A DNA stretch of 64,000 nt from a virus: IMG/VR virus record IMGVR_UViG_3300002098_001673, positions 32,001-96,000 of that record. One strand, written 5' to 3'. Positions 37,805-46,869 of this stretch are shown one piece after another. Below the pieces are notes generated by a model. That model ran no database searches, was not told the DNA's origin, and saw only the letters and a list, made by a program, of their open reading frames with translations. The number at the start of each line of letters is the position of its first letter. The first letter of the stretch is position 1. A program made the position numbers and the translations under genes.

Positions 37805-39421
37805 TTATAAATGAACAATTTTTAAAAAATCTCCAGTTCTATATACATCTCCAATTGTTAGTCCACTTAGAATCGCATCAGAATTATCTGAAGCTTCAAT
37901 AACTTCTCCAAAATTAATGGTACCGCCTGTAACAGAAAAATTTCCAACATTTGTCGTATTACCTGATATAGTTGTATTTCCATTTAAATCATGTTCATTA
38001 TTTGCTCTAAGTATTATTTTTCCATTTCCGTATCCGTCAAAGTTTGGACCTGTAAATATTACAATGTCTCCATTGGTTGGACTTCCGATATAGTGATTAT
38101 TTGCAACAGATAATAAATATGTATCATTAGCTCCTCCAACACTATATGTAAAATCAGGAGTGTGAGTACTACTATTTATACCCATATCAACATAATAACT
38201 TGTTTCTGTACCTATATCATTTGTTGCAACAATATCTGCAGAGGCTGTAGTTCCTGAATTTAAATTCTTCATCACAATCTGACTATAATAATCAATATCT
38301 CCAAGTATTGTTACCATATTATATGTAGCATTTGTTGGCGGATAAATTCTTAAAGCATCTGGATTAGATTCATCGTATCCATCTCCATTAATTGTAATTG
38401 TTCCTTGTTGATGAACAAAAATTTTAGAATATAAACTACTATCATAACCCCCATTAAATAAAATTAATTTTTTTCCTGGAGTTGCGTTTCCAACATATAA
38501 ATCGTTACCAGTACTATATAAGTAAGCATCATTTTGAAAACCAACACCTCCAGGTATTACATGATTACTACTATTAATACCCATATCAATATAAAACTCT
38601 TCTTCTGTTCCATTATCCGCAGTTGCAACAATATCAGTACTAGCCTGAGGTCCTATATTTACATTTTGCAAATTAATTTGAGTATAGTTATCAACATTAC
38701 CAAATGCGGTCATTAAATTATATGTAGAATTTTGTGGTGGATAAATCCTTAAAGTATCTGGATTTCCGGGGTCATAGTTTGCTCCATTGATTGTTATTGT
38801 CCCTTGTTCATGCATATAAAGTTTGGAATAAAGATTTGTTTCAAATCCTCCATTAAAAAATACCAACCTTTTTTCTTTACTTGCATTACCAATATATAAA
38901 TCATTTGCTGTACTAAAAAGATATGCATCAGAAGCCCCACCCAAAGCAGTAACTCCTGTAAATCCTGTATATGTTGATGAGTTAACACCCATATCAATAT
39001 ATCCAGTATCAAAATTTCCAACATCTCCAATAATAACAATATCTGAAGACGCGGAATGTCCTGTATTTGTATTTTGATTTGTAATTCCTAAAGCAAAATC
39101 AATACTTCCTGTTCCATTTATAAGTAGAAATGAATTAGTATCACCAGCATGAACACCAAATGTTTCTGGAACATCTGGCTCAACCGTAGGGTTATTTGCA
39201 ACTCTAACACTTTCTAAAGGTGTTTGAAATATTTTTGATGAAACATATGTTGTATTTGAACTTAAAATAGGTAAATAATTTTCATCTACATTATTAATTA
39301 ATGTGGAGGTTAACGCACTGAAAGGTATTTTATAAGTTGTTCCTGAAGTTACTATGACCAAAAGAGCGTTTGGGTCCGTAACATTTATTTCAGGTAACTG
39401 GGATATAGGAATTGAGCTCAT
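37805..39421 (-). CDS. Fibre/spike-like protein with three internal ~115-120 aa repeats
   Basis: Three copies of AS.DIV...D.G....Y.DMG.NSS...D.YL.S.....Y.G; IPISQLP N-terminal anchor; GDVYRTGDFLKI C-terminus. Confidence 0.65.
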   Translation of the reverse strand: MSSIPISQLPEINVTDPNALLVIVTSGTTYKIPFSALTSTLINNVDENYLPILSSNTTYVSSKIFQTPLESVRVANNPTVEPDVPETFGVHAGDTNSFLLINGTGSIDFALGITNQNTNTGHSASSDIVIIGDVGNFDTGYIDMGVNSSTYTGFTGVTALGGASDAYLFSTANDLYIGNASKEKRLVFFNGGFETNLYSKLYMHEQGTITINGANYDPGNPDTLRIYPPQNSTYNLMTAFGNVDNYTQINLQNVNIGPQASTDIVATADNGTEEEFYIDMGINSSNHVIPGGVGFQNDAYLYSTGNDLYVGNATPGKKLILFNGGYDSSLYSKIFVHQQGTITINGDGYDESNPDALRIYPPTNATYNMVTILGDIDYYSQIVMKNLNSGTTASADIVATNDIGTETSYYVDMGINSSTHTPDFTYSVGGANDTYLLSVANNHYIGSPTNGDIVIFTGPNFDGYGNGKIILRANNEHDLNGNTTISGNTTNVGNFSVTGGTINFGEVIEASDNSDAILSGLTIGDVYRTGDFLKIVHL

Positions 39422-39551
39422 TTTTTTTATTTATAAATATCTTTTATTTTTTTATTATCTTAAAACCCAAAAGACAATAGTTAGACATAAGTTGGTTTAA
39501 ATAAATTGTCCTTGTGTAAAATCTGTTATATACATTTTAATTTAAATTATA

Positions 39552-40406
39552 TTAATATATTGTTCCATAACTTACATTCCAAGCACCTTGAGTAAAGACG
39601 GCTGTTACTAATACAGGCACTGAATTCGCAGGTAGGTCTGGTTGAAATGGTTGCCAATTTGCATTAGTAATAACTGAAGCATTGCTTTTTCTTAAATGTG
39701 TTACTCTAACCGTAATATCCGCAGGAGAACCTCCAGTGTTTAACACAAAATAACAAATCTGACATTCAGCACCGTCAGGTAAAATCCATAACCCATCACC
39801 AAATGTAAAAACTTGTTTAGTTAAATCTAATATTTCAGGAGGATTTTGATTACCATCTTGAGTCCCAAGAGATAATACATACGGACTACTCCACCCCCAT
39901 TCGTAATTTGTATTTCCTGTTTGAGTTAATACTTGATTAATGGTTCCACCTGTTAGTACTAATTGGTCGGTAATACTATAGATTGTACCTCCACTATTGT
40001 TTTGCACTAATAATTCATTATTTATAACTGAAAATGTATAACCACTTGTACTTACAACACCACCCGAACTTGTAATATTTCCTACTTGGAATGTTGGTGC
40101 GGCAAACACATTTGTTGAATATAAAACACCACTATCATCAATCGCCAATGAATTATTTGGTCCAATAAATACTGAACCTGTTGACACATATATTGACTTT
40201 AATGGGTAGGCAATTGACCCTATGGTGTGAGCACTTGGTGCATCAGGAATTAAATCCTGATACATAACACCAAATGGTTGCTCACTTTTCCAAAAATCTT
40301 GGGCGTTTATGTTAGATGTAACTCCATCAACTTCAACCACGAGTAAAGTGTTGTTAGTTGATGCACTAATGTTAGTTAATTGACCTATAGTTTTTCCTGT
40401 TAACAT
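39552..40406 (-). CDS. Fibre-like virion protein
   Basis: KTIGQLT anchor; LIPDAPSAHTIGSIAYPLKSIY; GGTINQVLT...YEWGW shaft motif. Confidence 0.6.
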   Translation of the reverse strand: MLTGKTIGQLTNISASTNNTLLVVEVDGVTSNINAQDFWKSEQPFGVMYQDLIPDAPSAHTIGSIAYPLKSIYVSTGSVFIGPNNSLAIDDSGVLYSTNVFAAPTFQVGNITSSGGVVSTSGYTFSVINNELLVQNNSGGTIYSITDQLVLTGGTINQVLTQTGNTNYEWGWSSPYVLSLGTQDGNQNPPEILDLTKQVFTFGDGLWILPDGAECQICYFVLNTGGSPADITVRVTHLRKSNASVITNANWQPFQPDLPANSVPVLVTAVFTQGAWNVSYGTIY

Positions 40407-40417
40407 GATGTTTTTTT

Positions 40418-43400
40418 TTAATATTCTAAATATTGATTATCCCCAACTATTAAATATTCGTCGACACTTATTAATAATGGGTTAATAAGTACAATAGAAG
40501 TTGAAGTCGGTGTTGGCGTTGGTGTTTCAGTATAAGTTGGTGTAGGTGTTGGTGAAGATGGGTAGCAAGCCATAACACAATCCACATATCCTGGTTCACC
40601 TGTTAAATCATAAGCCCCTCCCACTGCAGGTATTAATGATAAAATTTCAAAAGTATAACCTCTATTTTCAGGATTATTATAGAAATATCCAATGGTTAAA
40701 GGTGTTGGTGACATAACAGTATATGTACCTACCAAACTACAAGGAGTTCCACAACTATAACCATTAACATCATAATAATACATTGTAGGAGTTTGAGTTG
40801 GAGTTTCTGCAGGAGTTTCGGTTATAGTTGGAGTTGGAGTCGGAGTTTCAGATTCAGTAATTGTTGGAGTTGGAGTTTCCGTATTTGTGATGGTTGGCGT
40901 TGGAGTTGGTTGAACCCCAATAGCACAAACATTTGTAACACCAAAACCATTTGTTAAAATTGAGAAGAATATATGTAATGGTTGAATTACCGAGTTTAAA
41001 GATGTATACAATAATATATTATTTTTGTAATATTTAACATCCATACCATTATAGTCCACTTTCCATACATCACTATCCGTATTAACCATAGAACCAGGAA
41101 CTGTAACTTGATTGCCATTTTCATATATTTCTAAAAATGCGGGTTGTATGTAAAATCCGTATGAAATATTTTGATAAGTTTCAGAATAATTTGTTGGATT
41201 ATATGAAAAACCTCCCATAAGGTAACCGCTACCTGAAATTTGGAATGTTAGTGAAACTGCATTTGAATATGTCTCTAATGAATATGCCGACGCATTCCAA
41301 CCTCCTTCTGATGTTTTTACTACAGAATTGGTTGTTGTTGTAACATTATCTCCTGATAATGTAATTGAATCACAAGTAAGGGGTATTGTTGATGTTGGAG
41401 TATTAGTTGGGGTTTCGGTAGGAGTTTCTGTTACAGTTGTGGTTGGTGTAAGAGTTTCGGTAATAGTAGGCGTTAGTGTATTTGTTGGCGTAGGTGTTGG
41501 AGTTATTGAAGTTGGTGTAGGTGTTGGAGTTATTGAAGTTGGTGTAGGTGTTGGAGTTGGAGTTGGGGGTATTGGTTCTAATATCTCATAATACAAGTCG
41601 TTATTTGGTATTATTTTATACGTAAAATCATTTGTAGGTGGAATTAATGAAATTGTTGAAGTTGGTGTAGGTGTTGGAGTTGGAGTTGGAGTTGTGGAAC
41701 AATTATCTTGTTCTGCAAGTATAAATTCAGTATTTTGAGTAAGAATATCTTCATCATTTTCAGTTGTTAAATATAGTTTACAACTATCAAATGAAGAAGG
41801 TACTAAATCACATTTTAAACAGAATGGGTCTAATAAATTATATTTTTCTTTTAATAATTTAAAATTATGTCTTATTTGAGAAGCGTTTAATGGTTCTGTA
41901 TACATTCTAAATGCACTGATATCACCAATAAAACTACCACCAAAATATTCTTCTAAATGAATTTCAGTTGAAAGACCTTCATAAGATGTTTTATTTAAAA
42001 CTTCTGTTGGTAAACATTCAGGGTCTTGCTGATATGTTATTCCAGATATGGAATCTGCGCATCCACTCACTGTTAAATTATCATGTAATCCTTGTGTACC
42101 ACCACCCAATGAAATATTATATGCAACACCTATTTGTGTTTCTTTTGATGTATTGAGAGGTCTTGGAATTATTTCTTCAAAATTTTCAATAACCATGAAA
42201 ATCTTTCCATTAACAAAAAATTTTAATTTTCCTAATCTAAAATTCTTTTCTTCAATCCAAGTTTCGTTCATGTTAACAATCTCAACTTTAGGAGGATTGT
42301 ATGGATTTTCATGTGTTGTTGGAGGTTCAATTAAACTAACACTATTATTTTGAAGTGTTGCTTCATACACGTCAAAAATAATTTGACCTGTACCTCCTTT
42401 AAATTCTAAATCACATTTATCGAGATATGTATTCCTTTCAAAAACAGCGTCTATTTGTACCCAACGTTCATAATCAGAATAATCTGTTAATAAACAATCA
42501 TCAAAAATTCCTCTTGTTGAGCACCATTCAGTAACTGAAGTACCTGTAGTATAAGTTATACCTGTTGAACAATATCCAGTTGTTTCACATCCACCAGTTA
42601 TTGTAAAAGTTTTGGCACATAATTTAGGATTTCCAGTATCCCCACTTAATCTTAAAGACAATGCGTTTGAAACTTCATCATAAAGTGGATTAATTTCAGG
42701 AATAGATGAACTTACCGGACAATCACATCCGCAAGAACAATTACAATTTGTTACTGTAATTCCTGATTGTTGATATACATGATGACAAGATGATAACCCT
42801 GAAAGAGTTTCATCCAAACATTCGCAGGTTTTTAAACAATTTAAACCATGTGTTACTCTTATGTTTGAATAAATTGTAAATTCGCTCAAGTTTTCGGTAA
42901 TATTACCTTCCACAAATTGATATGGACATGGTGACGCAAATGGCATGTCACCGTATGCTTCTGTATTATTTAAAAATACTCCTTCAGAATATCCATCCCA
43001 TATTGTTGTTGATGAACTTGTTAATGTAATATTAATTGATTCAATACTATTACTTGACCCATTCCTACCTGTTATTATTGAATAATCTCCATTTGGAGCA
43101 ACTAATAGCATTCCAACATTTCCAGGGTAAGTATGACTATACCCTGATAATGTTAAATTTACTATTTCAATTTTAGAATCATAGTTTAAAACTTCAAAAG
43201 TGATTGGATATATCGAAGCGATTGAATCATCATTAATTAAAATATTTTTTTCTTTTGAATGATGGTCTACACATATGTTTGAAGAACATAAAGATAATGT
43301 TGCAGAACTTAATGAACCAATATTATTACCTTCAAAATCTTGTATATATAATTTCCAAATACCATTTGCATCAGAATCAGTAAAAGGTTCTCCATTCGCA

Positions 43401-44164
43401 TAATGATAAAATTTATTTTCAGCTCTTGCTCCATAATAAAAGAAAGTTCCTTTATTATCAGGATATCTAGCATTCAATCCTACATTAGTATCTCCTGTCC
43501 ATCTATATCTTAAAAGAAATTCTGTTGTCCAACCTAAACTATACCTTTCAGGTAAAACTTGATAGTCGTATCCAAATAATTGATAAAATCCTTGATAGAA
43601 TCCCCCTTTTAATGTTGCAAATCTTCCAACATCACCTACAGGGTCAACAGAATAAAATAAATTATAGTCATACGAATCGTCTTGAAAAATTCTATTAGAA
43701 GGAGTTGTAAACCCTTGAATAGGGTGCATCTTAAATCTTCTATCGTATTTGTATCTACTAAATTTATCGCTTTCATTTGTGTATAAGCCAGTATTGACTT
43801 GAATTGTTTGTCCCGAAAAACTTCTAACAAGACCATTATCAATTCCAGTTAATCCAACATTACAAATGTTAGTTATTTTGCCACAATTTAAAAGGTCCAA
43901 ATTTTTTGGGTTCCAATAATTTTCAGAAACAATAACATCTTTGTTAAAATCCATACAATTAACACACCCAACAGTATCATTACTGTTGATGTCAAATTTT
44001 AACGGCATTCTATTTCCATCATCAATAGCAATAATAAATGGGGAAAAAACAACCTCTTGGTCGTAATCTTTTTCATCTGATGCTAATGAAATGTCGTATA
44101 TCTCTCTTAGTGGCTGGAGATACCATTTGCGAAAATTATATTGATTTATATTTTGATATGACAT
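40418..44164 (-). CDS. 1248-aa virion protein: LamG/ConA-like core, P-domain-like insert, Cys-rich patches, four Pro/Thr-rich tracts
   Basis: LKFFVNG, FIGDISAFRMYTEPLNASQIRHNF (LamG-like end); SHTYPGNVGMLLVAPNG; several TPTPTP tracts. Confidence 0.7.
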   Translation of the reverse strand: MSYQNINQYNFRKWYLQPLREIYDISLASDEKDYDQEVVFSPFIIAIDDGNRMPLKFDINSNDTVGCVNCMDFNKDVIVSENYWNPKNLDLLNCGKITNICNVGLTGIDNGLVRSFSGQTIQVNTGLYTNESDKFSRYKYDRRFKMHPIQGFTTPSNRIFQDDSYDYNLFYSVDPVGDVGRFATLKGGFYQGFYQLFGYDYQVLPERYSLGWTTEFLLRYRWTGDTNVGLNARYPDNKGTFFYYGARAENKFYHYANGEPFTDSDANGIWKLYIQDFEGNNIGSLSSATLSLCSSNICVDHHSKEKNILINDDSIASIYPITFEVLNYDSKIEIVNLTLSGYSHTYPGNVGMLLVAPNGDYSIITGRNGSSNSIESINITLTSSSTTIWDGYSEGVFLNNTEAYGDMPFASPCPYQFVEGNITENLSEFTIYSNIRVTHGLNCLKTCECLDETLSGLSSCHHVYQQSGITVTNCNCSCGCDCPVSSSIPEINPLYDEVSNALSLRLSGDTGNPKLCAKTFTITGGCETTGYCSTGITYTTGTSVTEWCSTRGIFDDCLLTDYSDYERWVQIDAVFERNTYLDKCDLEFKGGTGQIIFDVYEATLQNNSVSLIEPPTTHENPYNPPKVEIVNMNETWIEEKNFRLGKLKFFVNGKIFMVIENFEEIIPRPLNTSKETQIGVAYNISLGGGTQGLHDNLTVSGCADSISGITYQQDPECLPTEVLNKTSYEGLSTEIHLEEYFGGSFIGDISAFRMYTEPLNASQIRHNFKLLKEKYNLLDPFCLKCDLVPSSFDSCKLYLTTENDEDILTQNTEFILAEQDNCSTTPTPTPTPTPTSTISLIPPTNDFTYKIIPNNDLYYEILEPIPPTPTPTPTPTSITPTPTPTSITPTPTPTNTLTPTITETLTPTTTVTETPTETPTNTPTSTIPLTCDSITLSGDNVTTTTNSVVKTSEGGWNASAYSLETYSNAVSLTFQISGSGYLMGGFSYNPTNYSETYQNISYGFYIQPAFLEIYENGNQVTVPGSMVNTDSDVWKVDYNGMDVKYYKNNILLYTSLNSVIQPLHIFFSILTNGFGVTNVCAIGVQPTPTPTITNTETPTPTITESETPTPTPTITETPAETPTQTPTMYYYDVNGYSCGTPCSLVGTYTVMSPTPLTIGYFYNNPENRGYTFEILSLIPAVGGAYDLTGEPGYVDCVMACYPSSPTPTPTYTETPTPTPTSTSIVLINPLLISVDEYLIVGDNQYLEY
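41390..41700 (-). repeat. Pro/Thr coding repeats, including a tandem 27-bp unit
   Basis: gttgg(c/t)gtaggtgttggagttattgaa at 41484-41537 plus a partial third copy; ttgaagttggtgtaggtgttggagttggagttgg at 41533 and 41656. Further PT tracts near 40500-40555 and 40785-40910. Confidence 0.85.
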
Positions 44165-44173
44165 AAACTTATG

Positions 44174-44200
44174 ATAAATACTTTATTAACGAGTATTTAT
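44174..44200. promoter_or_regulatory. Divergent pair of TATTTAT motifs (candidate late promoters)
   Basis: ataaata at 44174-44180 faces the minus-strand gene (start 44164); tatttat at 44194-44200 faces the plus-strand gene (start 44216). Confidence 0.55.
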
Positions 44201-44215
44201 AGTAAAAAAGAACTA

Positions 44216-45049
44216 ATGATTACAATTGATAAAGAATTTTTTTCATCTCCATACTATTTTTACCTTAGAGATAAAGGAAAAGAGTATTCATTATATTTTT
44301 CTTCAGAAAAAACATTAACTGAGGCAAGAAAAAAAGACGAAGTAATTAAAATACCAAAAAGAAAAATTAAGGATATTAAAAATTATCTTGAAAAGATTCT
44401 TAAAGAAAAAAATAAAAAATCTACAAAAGATATTAAAGGTGAAATAGAAGAATTGGTAAATGCTGATGGAGCAATGTCAAATTCAAAAATACCAATTTTA
44501 GACCCAAGATTACACCCTAAAAAAACTATGGACCAAACGGTTTCTGCTGCAAGAATTACAAACGACCCCATTACTCGTGGATATAGAACTTATTATGGCG
44601 AATCTGTTGAGGAAGATGTGAATGAAATAGATATGTCGGGAGCTTTTGGATATGAAGAAACAAAAGATTTAGATGGAAAAGAAACGTACAAATATTTTAA
44701 AGATAAATTAGATATGGATGATTCTGAGGCTGAAGAAAGAACAAAACAACAAGGAAAAGACCCATCAGGGAATAAAGATAAAAAATCAAAATATTATGAT
44801 GACCCAAATTTTATCTCAAGAGAAACTTTATCAGAAATTCAAAAACAAAAAATGATAAAAGTAGTTGAAGATATTTTAAAAGATAAAAAAAATTCAGACA
44901 ATTCTGAAATTAGAAAAAAAGAACTTCCTAAAAATATTGATGAATTACCATTATTAATTAGAAAAAATTTAAAAAGTCTTTTGAATCATGTTGAAAAAAA
45001 TGGATATTCAAAAGAAGATTTAATCAAACTTATAAAAAAAGATGAATAA
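44216..45049 (+). CDS. Hypothetical protein (probably virion-associated)
   Basis: Long ORF, likely start ATG 44216 after a TATTTAT motif; charged, several L/V-x-E sites. Confidence 0.6.
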   Translation: MITIDKEFFSSPYYFYLRDKGKEYSLYFSSEKTLTEARKKDEVIKIPKRKIKDIKNYLEKILKEKNKKSTKDIKGEIEELVNADGAMSNSKIPILDPRLHPKKTMDQTVSAARITNDPITRGYRTYYGESVEEDVNEIDMSGAFGYEETKDLDGKETYKYFKDKLDMDDSEAEERTKQQGKDPSGNKDKKSKYYDDPNFISRETLSEIQKQKMIKVVEDILKDKKNSDNSEIRKKELPKNIDELPLLIRKNLKSLLNHVEKNGYSKEDLIKLIKKDE

Positions 45050-45509
45050 ACATTTATACGATAAAAAAATTGAATTACCGAAAGAAAAAAGAGAACATTT
45101 TAAAAAATGTTTTTTAATGGTAAAAAATGCGAATTCTAACATTGAAGGGTTTAATAGAAATAAAGAATTACAAAATAAAGAATTTATTACATATCAGCAG
45201 CTTAAAAGAATAAAAAACTTTTTTGATAATTTCAAGGGAAATCAAAATGAACCATCATTTATTCTTAATGGCGGTTTTGAAATAAAAAATTGGGTAAATA
45301 ACGAATTAAGAAAAATGAGAGATTTTATTGATAATACAAAGAAAAATAAAATGGAAACTGGTATGCAAAATCAATATATTGACCCACACGAAAAAAAGGA
45401 TTTTACTAATGTAAGACCTTCTCAAACTCACAAAAATACTGTTCAAAAATATGATACTGCAGTTACAGAATCTTTAAAAAGAATAAACGAATTAATAATA
45501 AAATTATAA
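45042..45509 (+). CDS. Hypothetical protein
   Basis: Overlapping operon ORF; ITYQQLKRIKNFF...LNGG; ends VTESLKRINELI. Confidence 0.6.
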   Translation: MNKHLYDKKIELPKEKREHFKKCFLMVKNANSNIEGFNRNKELQNKEFITYQQLKRIKNFFDNFKGNQNEPSFILNGGFEIKNWVNNELRKMRDFIDNTKKNKMETGMQNQYIDPHEKKDFTNVRPSQTHKNTVQKYDTAVTESLKRINELIIKL

Positions 45510-45513
45510 CAAT

Positions 45514-45813
45514 ATGGCAAATGAATTATCAATTGATTTAAGTCAAAATGTTGCAAATCAATTAACCGCTGTTGCAGACCAAGAAAGAGCTAGATTAATA
45601 CCTAAAAATGATTACTTTGAAAAAGGAAATCAATATTCATCAACAAGTCCTGATGCAGTTGCGGATGGTGATTCAAAGGGAAGAGGAACCGGTGTTTTTC
45701 TTGACGTTTACAATACAGCAGCTGGAACTATAGATGATGTGGTTGAAAGAAAAAACGAGGTAAAAATTAATAAATTTAACTCATCAAAACCTTATCCGAA
45801 TTTTCAAATATGA
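45514..45813 (+). CDS. Hypothetical protein (99 aa)
   Basis: Tightly packed operon ORF. Confidence 0.6.
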   Translation: MANELSIDLSQNVANQLTAVADQERARLIPKNDYFEKGNQYSSTSPDAVADGDSKGRGTGVFLDVYNTAAGTIDDVVERKNEVKINKFNSSKPYPNFQI

Positions 45814-46190
45814 AACTTCAAGAATCATTAAAAAAATTAATATATGAAATTGCGTCTCTTGATAGCGTAATTGATTCTATAAAACAGAAGCAAAAAGTAA
45901 TCATATATTATGATGGTGATGAACCTGGTGGTAGAGGTCTTAGAGAGATTGAACCAGTATGTTTAGGCGTAAGTAAATCAGGTAATAAAGTTGTGAGGGC
46001 TTGGGACAATGAAGGAGCTTCTCACACCAGTTATAAAGGAGAACAACCTTTACCAGGTTGGAGGCTTTTTAGATTGGATAAAATACTTTCTTTAAAGCCA
46101 ACTGGAGAAAATTTTACAGAAATGAGACCAAATTTTAATCCTAATGGTGACAAAAGTATGGAAAGTGTTATTATTAATAGTAAATTTTAA
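45810..46190 (+). CDS. Stand-alone WYL-domain protein
   Basis: VIIYYDG...REIEPVCLG...VRAWD...WRLFRLDKILSL...ENF. Confidence 0.75.
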   Translation: MKLQESLKKLIYEIASLDSVIDSIKQKQKVIIYYDGDEPGGRGLREIEPVCLGVSKSGNKVVRAWDNEGASHTSYKGEQPLPGWRLFRLDKILSLKPTGENFTEMRPNFNPNGDKSMESVIINSKF

Positions 46191-46193
46191 TTT

Positions 46194-46811
46194 ATGGACA
46201 AACTAACGGAAAAATTAATAATGGCAAAGGCCATTATGGATAGAGCTGATACTATAAAAAATAGTAATGTGATTAATGGAGGACTACCTCCAACATCTCT
46301 TCAGCAATTTGATGTTCCAAATGTAAAGTATAATATCCCTTCGGAATTTTTACAAGAAGAACCATCGCAAGAGACTAAACCATACTTATCTCAAATACCA
46401 AAAGAAAATACAAAACCTGTTGGTGTTCCAAGTGTAGATGCAATAAAAAATTCTAAATTACCTGATGAAATTAAAAGATTAATGATTGAAAATCCGATAG
46501 CACAACCACAAATGCAATCAACAACTATATCAGATGAACTTGTTGAAAAAGCATCTAGATTAATGAAAGGAATAAATAATAACTATATTCCTGAATCGGC
46601 AAAATCAAAAACTGTACAAGAACAACCTTCAAACAATTTAATTATTGATTATAAGTTAATTAAAAAAATGATTGATTCTTCAATTAATGAAGCATTAAAA
46701 GAAAATGGATTACTTATAGAAAGTTCTGAAAAATCTAATGAAGTTTTTAGTTTTAAAGTTGGTAAACATATATTTGAAGGTAAAGTTACAAAAATTAAAA
46801 AAATCTCATAA
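46194..46811 (+). CDS. Hypothetical protein
   Basis: Operon ORF; IKNSKLPDEIKRLMIENPI; FKVGKHIFEGKV. Confidence 0.6.
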   Translation: MDKLTEKLIMAKAIMDRADTIKNSNVINGGLPPTSLQQFDVPNVKYNIPSEFLQEEPSQETKPYLSQIPKENTKPVGVPSVDAIKNSKLPDEIKRLMIENPIAQPQMQSTTISDELVEKASRLMKGINNNYIPESAKSKTVQEQPSNNLIIDYKLIKKMIDSSINEALKENGLLIESSEKSNEVFSFKVGKHIFEGKVTKIKKIS

Positions 46812-46869
46812 TAGCATCTTTCTTTCTCTAATTTAAATTACTATATTTTATAAAATATATTAATTTATT

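Noticed and set aside
39440-39540. Possible gene remnant between the fibre genes (MYITDFTQGQFI*)
   Set aside because: Too short, with no recognisable homology.
41328-41591. Val/Gly-repeat ORF on the plus strand
   Set aside because: Antisense shadow of the Pro/Thr repeat in the 1248-aa gene.
40490-41700. CRISPR-like array
   Set aside because: Repeats are in-frame Pro/Thr codons without unique, regular spacers. No CRISPR array, tRNA or rRNA was recognised in the window by eye.
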